From a virus (Duplodnaviria; Caudoviricetes), in the IMG/VR virus record IMGVR_UViG_3300032007_000075, positions 7,587-71,586 of that record: DNA of 64,000 bases; one strand, given 5' to 3'. The position numbers and the translations under genes are program-made. Shown here in pieces: positions 10,123-18,633 of this stretch (position 1 is the first letter of the stretch; each line of letters starts with the position of its first letter). Below the pieces are notes generated by a model, which saw only the letters and a program-made list of their open reading frames with translations, was not told where the DNA came from and searched no databases.

Positions 10123-11235
10123 TCAGATGTTTAGTTCGTGTTCCAGGATTTCTTCAATTCTGTTAAATTCGGTATATGGGATTTCGAGCAGGCGAATCCC
10201 CTTCTGACGACAATACTCCCTCAAGGCAGCGTCTCTGCGTTTGCGATGGAGTAGTCCATCCTCACCACCCCACGCATGTTTACCTATATCATAATGTTGT
10301 TTTCCATTATATTCAATAATAATACCATTGTCTAACTGAAAATCAACAACAAATACTTTCTTTTCATTTGGCGAAATAGGCGTATGAATAGTTTTCTGCC
10401 ATGTGTAATGGATATTATGACGGTCGAGCCAAAGCATAACAGCCGCTTCACCTCTTGACATTTTACATTTAGGACAACCTGTTTTCAAACCGATATGGTC
10501 CCAGGGATTCGTTTTAAACGGGCCATGTTTTTTGCAGATAACAATAATAGGTGTTCTGCGGTTAACGTATTTGGTCTGGGAGTAGTCGTAACGGTCTCCG
10601 TGGACTTCCCGAGCCCTTTTTACTATATCTTCGGTTGTCAGGCCCTTCCCCGCACAATATTTACACCCATAACCTTGAAGGATAAGCACAGGTTTCTGCT
10701 TGTATTCCTTACCGCAGATATTGCATTTTACGCTAACTGGCGTTAAAATATCTTTGTAAACTGACTTCTTAAAATCATAATTGTCACCGTGTATCTTCTT
10801 GGCCCTGCAAAGAAAAGTGGACTGATCCATCAACTTGTTAGTTCTGCGGCGCTCCAATCCGCACTTGGGACAGGCGTACCCTTGCAGAAAAAGTCCAGGC
10901 TTCTTCTTAAAATCTCCATGAATAGGGCAAGTTATTATTACGTCCGATTTCTCGCTCTTATAATTTGTTTTAGAGTAGTCATAAAAGTCCCCGTATTTTT
11001 TTATTGCCTTGGCAATGAAGTCCTCAGTGGTGTCGAAGGAATAGCATTTGCAACCTCCATTGCCTTTCAGGTGGTTAAGAGGAAGTATCTCGTGTACCTT
11101 TCCGCAACGATTACATTTGACTTTGACTTTCTCGGCACAAACGGTGTATCTCGTTAGAGAATAGTCGTATTTGTCACCGTGCATAGCCTTCGCTCTGCGA
11201 ATAAATTCCTCGTTGGTAATTCTGTGGTTTGGCAT
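10123..11235 (-). CDS. Putative homing-type endonuclease: four Zn-ribbon (DUF723-like) repeats plus a C-terminal PD-(D/E)XK-like domain
   Basis: Four repeats F..(R/K)A...HGD.YDYS...Y......V...C..(H/C)G......P...L.G.GC..C; C-terminal VDFQLDNGIIIEYNGKQHY; AT-rich relative to its flanks. Confidence 0.8.
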   Translation of the reverse strand: MPNHRITNEEFIRRAKAMHGDKYDYSLTRYTVCAEKVKVKCNRCGKVHEILPLNHLKGNGGCKCYSFDTTEDFIAKAIKKYGDFYDYSKTNYKSEKSDVIITCPIHGDFKKKPGLFLQGYACPKCGLERRRTNKLMDQSTFLCRAKKIHGDNYDFKKSVYKDILTPVSVKCNICGKEYKQKPVLILQGYGCKYCAGKGLTTEDIVKRAREVHGDRYDYSQTKYVNRRTPIIVICKKHGPFKTNPWDHIGLKTGCPKCKMSRGEAAVMLWLDRHNIHYTWQKTIHTPISPNEKKVFVVDFQLDNGIIIEYNGKQHYDIGKHAWGGEDGLLHRKRRDAALREYCRQKGIRLLEIPYTEFNRIEEILEHELNI

Positions 11236-11246
11236 ATCTCTTCCTT

Positions 11247-11393
11247 TTAATAACTTCTATATCTGTTGCGTGAATAATACGGCGCGTGAGCGTTTACTTT
11301 TACTACGGCCTTGCGGCGGTTGCGCGGCACGACGGCCTTAGAGAGCAGTGCCATCAGCTCCTGCATCTCGGGATCAATGTCGGAGCGGTTCAT
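11247..11393 (-). CDS. Small basic ORF (48 aa, MNRSDIDPEMQELMALL...)
   Basis: Hand-translated; its ATG overlaps the upstream TGA; lies between the C4-like leader and the endonuclease. Confidence 0.5.
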   Translation of the reverse strand: MNRSDIDPEMQELMALLSKAVVPRNRRKAVVKVNAHAPYYSRNRYRSY

Positions 11394-11524
11394 AAGGCAG
11401 CGTCGTTAGGGTTAATCACTTGCGGGGCTGTCAGGCGGCTGAGCACCCTGCGGATGGACTGGCGGCGACGGGCTATCTCCATGAAGATAGGGTAGGTCGC
11501 ACGGACATTAGTTGTTGGCTTCAT
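11390..11524 (-). CDS. Small ORF (44 aa, MKPTTNVRATYPIF...); icd/kil-like position
   Basis: ATG at 11524 immediately after the antisense target AAATCAATTCAG. Confidence 0.55.
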   Translation of the reverse strand: MKPTTNVRATYPIFMEIARRRQSIRRVLSRLTAPQVINPNDAAL

Positions 11525-11525
11525 A

Positions 11526-11730
11526 CTGAATTGATTTTTTGACAATAAATAAACGGCACTACGCGCTGTCAAGGTTCAATTCAACTGAGACCTTTGGGGA
11601 CGTTATCCGTTACCCCACGCGGTGCCGTTTGGCTTGATGTATTCCTTTCACTTACGGGCACAAAAAATGCCGCTCGTCGCGGCTCGTTACATCTTCGTGC
11701 CGCTGAATTGATTTAGACGTTGCAAAGATA
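11526..11730 (-). ncRNA. Promoter plus C4/CI-like structured antisense leader, copy 2
   Basis: TATCTTTG at 11730-11723; structured element 11630-11551 homologous to 1011-1095 with a compensatory closing stem; 12-nt target repeated at 11703-11714 and 11526-11537. Confidence 0.7.
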
Positions 11731-11885
11731 GGCATAATCTGCGAAACGTGCAAATTTCCTATATACATTTTATAATATATTAAGATAAAATCGTTCAAGG
11801 TTCCAAATTGGAACATTGAAAAAAAGCGGGCAATCTCACGACTGCCCACCCTCGATTATGTTAGAAATGAAAGCTGAATCACTCG

Positions 11886-12050
11886 TCAATACGGTTTGTC
11901 GATGGTGTTCATATTGCGGCTCCACTCGCTCTGCAGGTCAATCTCCTAGATGCGGAAGAAGCGCTTGTCCTTCGACTTTACGGAGGGGTTGTGACTGATG
12001 GGGCGGTAGATGGTCGCCCAGTATTCCAAAACTTTGTCGAGTTCAAACAT
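11886..12050 (-). pseudogene. Truncated paralog of the 9398-9988 gene
   Basis: MFELDKVLEYWATIYRPISHNPSVKSKDKRFFRI*EIDLQSEWSRN aligns with MFRLDNVLEKWAEVYEPLKHDPAAKAKHKTFFRISMIDGQSYFIRN; in-frame TAG at 11946-11948, TGA at 11886-11888. Confidence 0.75.
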
Positions 12051-12062
12051 ACCTTTATATAT

Positions 12063-13172
12063 TTATAGTAACGGGGCGGTGACGAGCATAGCCATGCCGG
12101 GGCCGTTGAGGGAGTCGTGGTCGCAGCCGCAGGGTGACGGGGTGTCGGTGGCGGGGACTTCGGGCGCGGGCTTGACATAGAGCGGACTGTGCTCATAGAC
12201 TTCGGCCTGGTCGCCGAGGTCGTGGAGGATATCATCCTGATGCTGTTGGCAGTACTCGCGGAACTGGCCGAGCAGGCGCACACCCTCGTCGTGGGCTGCG
12301 ATACGGCGGTCTTTATCCACCTTGATGACCTTGGTGCGTCCTTCTAGCAGTGTGGCCTCGATCTTGCGGAGCTTATGCAGCAATCTGCGGGTGGTAGCAG
12401 GTATCGCGGAATCATCAGCCAATACTTTCGGCTTACTCGACACAGCGGCGGTGGCGTCGCGCTTGGTGCCGCCTTTAAGTTGCATGCCCACAAGGTATTC
12501 GCAGAAGTCTTCGCCAATCGCAGGAGCAATTTGTTCCTCCTGGATGAAGTGCAGGTCGGGCAGCATCTGGATGAATTTCTCGCGGCTGTCGTAGATATTC
12601 AGGTATTCCTGCAGGACGGTGGCGGACGGGATCAGCAACTGTGCGGCGAGGTAGAAGTAGCGGCTGCTGCGCCAGAACTTGCAGATCTCGAACAACTCCT
12701 CCGTATCTTCCTTTGCATCCTCGGCCTCGGGGCACTGTGCCGTCCATTGCTCCAGCGTGTAGAGCAGGCGGTTGAGGGCGCTGTGGGCCTCCTTCTGATA
12801 CGACTGCTTGGCGGCGTTGATGCTGTCGCGGTCGGCAGTCTTGTAGTCCTCGGCGCTGGCGAAGTTGATGCCGGAGCCGTTGATCGAGATGGCCTGCTGG
12901 TCGATGGCTCTCGACATGGCGTCAAAGGCGACGCACCGCTGGGCGATAAGCAGGAGTTTGTTGTAATACCCCGCCTGACGGTCGTCGATGGTGGTCATCG
13001 CGGGTTTGTTCTGGTCGTACCAGTCGCACAGTTTGTCATACAGCGGCTGTCCGAGTGGCTGGAGCAGGAACTCGTGCTCGGAGTTGTCGATATAGCCCAC
13101 AAATGCGTCGATGTGGTCGATGGCGTGGCTTGGGAAGCAGAGGCGAAGCTCTTCAATGGTGGTGATTATCAT
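12063..13172 (-). CDS. Putative head-tail adaptor/structural protein (DUF6712-like)
   Basis: 369 aa, follows the portal gene; N-terminus MIITTIEELRLCFPSH resembles Bacteroidales phage DUF6712 proteins (from recall). Confidence 0.6.
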   Translation of the reverse strand: MIITTIEELRLCFPSHAIDHIDAFVGYIDNSEHEFLLQPLGQPLYDKLCDWYDQNKPAMTTIDDRQAGYYNKLLLIAQRCVAFDAMSRAIDQQAISINGSGINFASAEDYKTADRDSINAAKQSYQKEAHSALNRLLYTLEQWTAQCPEAEDAKEDTEELFEICKFWRSSRYFYLAAQLLIPSATVLQEYLNIYDSREKFIQMLPDLHFIQEEQIAPAIGEDFCEYLVGMQLKGGTKRDATAAVSSKPKVLADDSAIPATTRRLLHKLRKIEATLLEGRTKVIKVDKDRRIAAHDEGVRLLGQFREYCQQHQDDILHDLGDQAEVYEHSPLYVKPAPEVPATDTPSPCGCDHDSLNGPGMAMLVTAPLL

Positions 13173-13199
13173 AATCTTTTGTTCTTATGTTCTTTTTAT

Positions 13200-15113
13200 T
13201 TAATTATTCTCGGCCTCGGTGATGCCGGTCTTGCTGTTATCGAGCGTGGTGAGGACTTCTTTCTTAATCCGCCAACAGAGATGCGGGTCCCACTGGTTGT
13301 ACTGGCTCACGACATCGAGGGTGTTCAGCACCTGACTCTGCATGGTACTCATGTTGACTTGTTTCAGCAGGTAGCGTTCGCGCAGGTCGGTGCCGCCGCT
13401 GCGGACGGTCGTGCCAGGCGTGTTTCCGATGAGCGTCGAGTCGGTGCCCCACGTGAAGAGGATGATGCTCGAAATCTCGGCGAGTTCCTCCTTGTTGGCC
13501 TCGGCGGTCTCTTTCGAGTTCTCCTGAATCTCGACGATTTCCCATGACTTGTAAATTTTGCCGTCCGAATCTTTAAAATTATAGGCCACGAGCGGTTCAC
13601 CCATGTTGTCGCGGTTCTTTAGGAACGAGTTGATCTCGGAGATGATTTCGTTGAAGCGGGCCTTCTTCTTATCGTCGGTATCGTCGCCGCGCTGGTAGTA
13701 GAGGCGCTGCAGATACTCGTCGCTGAGATACAGGATGCGTCCGATGACGTTGGCGTTGTCGCGGCGCTTCTTGCGGTCGGAGATAAGTATCGAGGCATAG
13801 GTGTAGACGTCGCCGCTGAAGATGGAGTACCACGCCGGCACGGGGTAGTAGGGATGTCCGTACTCATTATACGCCACGGGCATGGCTACATGAGTGGGTC
13901 GGTCGTCTTTCTTAGTTCGAGCGGTTCGGGCTTTTCGAGTAATCCCTTCCAGGTCTGTGGTTGGCGACTGATAGGAGAGGGAGGGAAGAGCGTCGATCTT
14001 GAAATCACTGTCCTTCGTTGGGACGGTCGATTCTGGGGATGAAATCCACTGGTTGCTGATGTAAACATGTTCTATCTGGTTTTGGTCATTCATTTGTTCG
14101 AGTCGCATGGTCTTCGCGTTGCGCCATTTGAGTCCCGTGATTTTCGGTTTCCACATCGAGGCGGGAACGGGCTGCATCTCGATCTCGCCGTTGTCCTTCT
14201 TACGACCCGTCTCCACGAGGTAAGTCTGCTGGAGCTCGAACTCGGGGAAGCAGATGTTGTACTGCAGCATGTCTGAATAGAGGTGCTGGAAGGTGTCGAG
14301 CAGGTTGTTGTTCTTCAGGAACGCCTGCACCTGAGCATTGGTCTCCTCCCACACGGCGAGGTCTTTGCGAAGTTGATCTATCTGCTCGTTGATGTCGTCG
14401 CGCATCTGCTCGGCTGCGGACTCCTTTTTGACAGAAGGACGTAAGGACATATTTTCCTGCTGCAGATTATTTTGTTCTTTTGTTCTTATGTCTAAATCGT
14501 CGTCGCCATCGGCGAGTTCGGGATGCTCCTGTTCGAGCTTCACCAGCTGCAGTTGCAGGTCACGGATCATTCCGCGAAGCAGCGTGCCGGCATCATCGTA
14601 CTTAATCGTCTTCTCGGTGATGTTGCCACCGACGTACTGCGTATAGGCATACATCGGTTTCGGTCCCATACCCGTACAGAGGTCGATGTTGAACTTTAGG
14701 GCTGCGGCGGTGTAGGGTAGGAGGGAGCAGAAGAAAGATACCACGTTGGGAATCTTGTTGCCCCAGCCCCAGGTGATGTAACTTCCCTTGTGGCCGTTTG
14801 CCGCCGTCACTGGCTGAGCGCAACCGCTGCTCACGTGGAGCAGGGGGAATACGCCCTTGCCCTGTCGTCCATCCTCGTCACAGGCCAGTCGCTCGTTGAT
14901 ATACTCGGCGTAGTCGTTTCGCGCACCGCCGTTTCCACCACCGAGGGCGTTGGGCAGTGCCACGAAGCCTTCCTTGCGCAGTCGCTCGGCCTCCTTATAG
15001 AACTGATCGGGCCCCTCGACCGTCACGATGGGGTTGTAGGGTTTTCCCATCTCCATGCCGTCGGGAACGGGCAGCGAGGCGGACTTCTTTGGATTTGTTT
15101 TCTTTCTAACCAT
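13200..15113 (-). CDS. Probable portal protein
   Basis: 637 aa directly after the large terminase; YITWGWGNKIP and HPYYPVPAW motifs typical of Bacteroidales phage portals. Confidence 0.7.
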   Translation of the reverse strand: MVRKKTNPKKSASLPVPDGMEMGKPYNPIVTVEGPDQFYKEAERLRKEGFVALPNALGGGNGGARNDYAEYINERLACDEDGRQGKGVFPLLHVSSGCAQPVTAANGHKGSYITWGWGNKIPNVVSFFCSLLPYTAAALKFNIDLCTGMGPKPMYAYTQYVGGNITEKTIKYDDAGTLLRGMIRDLQLQLVKLEQEHPELADGDDDLDIRTKEQNNLQQENMSLRPSVKKESAAEQMRDDINEQIDQLRKDLAVWEETNAQVQAFLKNNNLLDTFQHLYSDMLQYNICFPEFELQQTYLVETGRKKDNGEIEMQPVPASMWKPKITGLKWRNAKTMRLEQMNDQNQIEHVYISNQWISSPESTVPTKDSDFKIDALPSLSYQSPTTDLEGITRKARTARTKKDDRPTHVAMPVAYNEYGHPYYPVPAWYSIFSGDVYTYASILISDRKKRRDNANVIGRILYLSDEYLQRLYYQRGDDTDDKKKARFNEIISEINSFLKNRDNMGEPLVAYNFKDSDGKIYKSWEIVEIQENSKETAEANKEELAEISSIILFTWGTDSTLIGNTPGTTVRSGGTDLRERYLLKQVNMSTMQSQVLNTLDVVSQYNQWDPHLCWRIKKEVLTTLDNSKTGITEAENN

Positions 15114-15139
15114 ATTCGTCTTTGTTTTGTTTTGTGTCG

Positions 15140-15174
15140 TAAAGTTACTGATAAGCCGATTTCAAAGTGGGACT
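15140..15174 (-). promoter_or_regulatory. Phage-type promoter AGTCCCA-N20-TAACTTTA
   Basis: Motif variant upstream of the portal gene. Confidence 0.5.
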
Positions 15175-17227
15175 ACCTGCCGCCCGGGGTCATCAGAAGT
15201 GAGGTTCTGAAGCGGAACAGCTTCACACCGATATACAGCGAGTCAAAGGCGTCGGTGATGTCGGTACGGGTAGCCATCGGGTTGTCTTCGGTCTCGACCT
15301 TCTTCTCCTGCGACTTATCCTTCTTGATGGTCTTCGACGTGCCGGTGTAGCTCACCTTAATCTCGGCCTGCTCCATTGCCAGGATAAGTGCCTCGTTGTT
15401 GATGCGGTTGATGCGGATGCCGGGATAGGCAAAGCCGCCCAGTGCCTCGTTGATGATTTTCCATTTCTCGGTGTGGAACATCGGGTGGCCCATGTCGATG
15501 CCGATCACGTCCCACTGATACTTCTGCAGCTGCCCGATGATGGTGTCCTTGAAGTCGAGGTTCTTCTCGATGGCATAGCCCTTGAACTTGGCGGTCGAGT
15601 CGTAGTAGTAATACACTGTGCGGTTGTGGTTCTTGTGCGGCCCGTAGTAGCGGTTCCAGTCATCCAGCAGCGCGTAGAGCTTGCGTTCGTACTGCACGTA
15701 CATCGAACCGAGCACGCAGAGGCACTCCACCCCGTCGCGCTTATACACCTGCCCCGTGACGATACAGTTCATCTTGTCGTTGTAGTCGAAAGCGATGTGC
15801 AACGGCAGCATGTCCACCACGTCACCGTCCTGCGTACAGTCATCGACACGGGCCAGCCGGTCGAAGTCGTATGCCTCATACTGCTCCGTGTATTTCGCTC
15901 CGCTCTTGATCTGCGTGGCGGTCTGCAGCGTCACGCTCTTGTCGATGCACGGTGCGTCGTCGGGAATGTAGCCATGCACGTTCTCGATGTCGAGGTTGGT
16001 GTAGAATCCGTCGTTAGCCTTACGCTTGCGAAGATTGAGGATTGACGTACCGAACACGCCGCTTGGCAACTCGCGATACATCTGGGCGATATACTCAAAC
16101 GTCACGATGTCGGCATTGTCCAAGGTCGATGCCCGCCAGCAGTAGAACGCGCTCGCCCTGAGCTGCTGGATGCGCTTCAGGTAGGCATTGTTGGGGATGT
16201 TCAGTTTCATCAACTCAAACTGATCTTCCTTCGTGATGAGATACTTGTGGTTGAATAGCAGTTCGGCATCGTCCTGCGAGATTAACTTATACGACACGAG
16301 CATGTTCACGCAGCCCTTCGAGTCGGCTGCATACTGACGGGGGATGATGCGGTAAGGACCCTCGCGCTTCTCGACCGCCTCGAAGAGCGCCTCTATCGCC
16401 TTCTTCTTCTCGGGCTTCACCTCCATCGGCTGCCGACCCTCCTTCTTGGCATAATAGAAGAAGTCGTTCCACTTGATGACGTCCTTGGCAAACGCCTCCA
16501 ACTCCTCCTGAATCTGACGGTAGGTCATATCCGTAAACGGCCCGAGCATCGGCTTCTCGTCGAGTTTCTCTTCCTCCTGTTCGAGCCATGCGCCCTTGAT
16601 GGTCAGCGAGGCGTCCGACACAAAATAAGTTCCGCAATAGAGCGGGTTCTCACGCGAGAAGCCTGGGTCGCCGAACGGATGTGTCTGTCCGCTGATGGCG
16701 GGCACCAGTTCCTCGTAGATTTTCTGCTTGCGGGCAAATCGGCACTCGTCGAAGATGGCGTGATTGAAAGTGTAAGAGTTGGCCGATGCCACCTGTGCCA
16801 TACTGATAGCCGCCCATATAAAGCCGTTTGCAAACCAGATGGCATCCGAATAATTCCTTAAATCGGTAATTGGTCGTGGCACCCACGACGGCGGCTTGCC
16901 AGGACCGTAATGTACGCCAGGCGTCAACCCGTAGAACCTGCTCATGGCACTCAACGCGGCAGGGATCAACTTGCAATAGAGCTGCGGGCGAGAGATACCG
17001 CCCCACGCACCCATGCCCTGCGGCATGCTCTTTGCGACAAGAAACACCCTGTCGCCTATGCCATCCGTCTTTCCGACACGTCTGGATGCAACACCCCTGA
17101 CATCATGTGCCTGAATGATGTGATTCATCCTCTGCGGCTTGTTCATATATATATCTACGCTGTCTGCCATAGCCCTTTTGTTCCTTATGTTCTTATTATC
17201 TAAGATTTCCGTCTGGCGAAGACGCAC
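15173..17227 (-). CDS. Terminase large subunit
   Basis: Walker A-like ASRRVGKT, Walker B AIFDEC, RNase H-like HIAFDYN and TDITDAFD; likely true start near 17168 (MADSV). Confidence 0.88.
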   Translation of the reverse strand: MRLRQTEILDNKNIRNKRAMADSVDIYMNKPQRMNHIIQAHDVRGVASRRVGKTDGIGDRVFLVAKSMPQGMGAWGGISRPQLYCKLIPAALSAMSRFYGLTPGVHYGPGKPPSWVPRPITDLRNYSDAIWFANGFIWAAISMAQVASANSYTFNHAIFDECRFARKQKIYEELVPAISGQTHPFGDPGFSRENPLYCGTYFVSDASLTIKGAWLEQEEEKLDEKPMLGPFTDMTYRQIQEELEAFAKDVIKWNDFFYYAKKEGRQPMEVKPEKKKAIEALFEAVEKREGPYRIIPRQYAADSKGCVNMLVSYKLISQDDAELLFNHKYLITKEDQFELMKLNIPNNAYLKRIQQLRASAFYCWRASTLDNADIVTFEYIAQMYRELPSGVFGTSILNLRKRKANDGFYTNLDIENVHGYIPDDAPCIDKSVTLQTATQIKSGAKYTEQYEAYDFDRLARVDDCTQDGDVVDMLPLHIAFDYNDKMNCIVTGQVYKRDGVECLCVLGSMYVQYERKLYALLDDWNRYYGPHKNHNRTVYYYYDSTAKFKGYAIEKNLDFKDTIIGQLQKYQWDVIGIDMGHPMFHTEKWKIINEALGGFAYPGIRINRINNEALILAMEQAEIKVSYTGTSKTIKKDKSQEKKVETEDNPMATRTDITDAFDSLYIGVKLFRFRTSLLMTPGGR

Positions 17228-17535
17228 GGTTCGCCAGTCACGATCGAACAGGCCATCCGGAAGCCCGCCATCTGCAAGTCCTCAACGTAGAGCGCCAGCG
17301 GGTCGCCCAGCGAACACACGTAAGCCTTGAACACCTCGCGCAGCCTTGCATCGTCGAACTGCTCGTAGCCGTCGTCGCCCTCGCTGCACGGCACGTAGCC
17401 GTTCACGAAGGCCGTCACCTTTGCCGGCACGATAAAGTCGCGCAGACTGACCTTCGCCACCTCCACCTCGGGCATCAGTTCCTGCCCCGCCGGGTCGTCA
17501 TCCCAGTCCATCGTCTGTTTCTTTTTTCTGCTCAT
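17200..17535 (-). CDS. Hypothetical protein (MSRKKKQTMDW...)
   Basis: Likely true start ATG 17535 within track ORF 17200-17721. Confidence 0.65.
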   Translation of the reverse strand: MSRKKKQTMDWDDDPAGQELMPEVEVAKVSLRDFIVPAKVTAFVNGYVPCSEGDDGYEQFDDARLREVFKAYVCSLGDPLALYVEDLQMAGFRMACSIVTGEPCVFARRKS

Positions 17536-17626
17536 ATCATATTCTTTTTTCGACAGAAGAACAAAAGAACAAAATCTTATGTCCTTTTTATCTAAGAAAA
17601 AGTTATTATGTTTTATATGTCTTTCT

Positions 17627-18409
17627 TCATCTCGCAAACGGGTCATACGTGTCAGGCTCGTTGGTCTGTTCGGGTTCGTCGGTCTGTTCCTGCTCTTCTT
17701 TGTCGTCGCTGTCGTTTTCATCCGCAGGCACCATCATGCCGTCCTGCCCCTCGATGAACTCCTGAACATCCTCGAATTTTGCTCCGATTTTTTTAGCAAA
17801 GGCACGAAGTTCTTCAGGTGTGTAGCATGTCCTGTCTGGTTTAATTATACTGATATCAGAAGTGATATTCCGCTCTGCTCCCGGCTTCATGGCATCGGCA
17901 GGGTTCGCATCCTCCTTGAAGTCATTGTTGATCTTCTCCAGATTTCGTTGTGCCTCGCGCATGGCCGTCACGTTGCCCGTCTTCTTACCGAACTGTATCA
18001 GCCACTCGATGTTGTCCTCGTACATCGCCCGCTGGATATGGTTCTTCGCCACCGACAGACGGCCTACGAGTTGATTCACGACATAGATATCGTTGGCAAT
18101 CTCCGTCTCGCGCCGTGCCGACACCACGCCCTGGTCGTTGCGCCGGATGCCGAGCGCCTGTACCATTGCCTGTGCTTCGACATTTCCCAACTCGGCATTT
18201 TTCATCAGTGTCGAATAATCCCGCGCTGCAATGTTCATCACGATGCGCCTTACGTTGGCACTTTTGTTTTGCTGCCACAGCATATAGCACTCCAAGGCCA
18301 GCCGCGCACGGAACTGTCCTGGCAGCGGAATGTTCATCTTCGCCAGGTCGACCTGTCCGTAGGTCCACCTGACTACCTTCTCAATGTAATTCGGTGAGGG
18401 TTGACTCAT
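17627..18409 (-). CDS. Putative terminase small subunit
   Basis: 260 aa, first gene of the packaging operon, helical with an acidic tail; from position only. Confidence 0.5.
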   Translation of the reverse strand: MSQPSPNYIEKVVRWTYGQVDLAKMNIPLPGQFRARLALECYMLWQQNKSANVRRIVMNIAARDYSTLMKNAELGNVEAQAMVQALGIRRNDQGVVSARRETEIANDIYVVNQLVGRLSVAKNHIQRAMYEDNIEWLIQFGKKTGNVTAMREAQRNLEKINNDFKEDANPADAMKPGAERNITSDISIIKPDRTCYTPEELRAFAKKIGAKFEDVQEFIEGQDGMMVPADENDSDDKEEQEQTDEPEQTNEPDTYDPFAR

Positions 18410-18446
18410 ATATATCGCCTATTTTTAATTGTTGGTTTTGTTGTTG

Positions 18447-18481
18447 CAAAGATAGGGCAAGGCGGTTTTCGAAATGTGACA
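18447..18481 (-). promoter_or_regulatory. Phage-type promoter TGTCACA-N20-TATCTTTG
   Basis: Motif upstream of the packaging operon. Confidence 0.65.
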
Positions 18482-18633
18482 AATAATTAAAAATATCAAA
18501 ATATCCTATTAAAATGATAGATAATAAAGATTTAAATTGTAAATTTGCACCCGAAAGGCAATAATGCCATTTCTCAGAAAAAATAATGCGAATCGCGATT
18601 ATGCTAAATAGGATATAAACAATAATATAAATA

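Noticed and set aside
11946-11948. TAG recoding (alternative genetic code) suggested by the in-frame amber in the paralog
   Set aside because: All long genes are intact in the standard code, some genes end in TAG (e.g. 12063, 34345), and the same fragment also hits a TGA.
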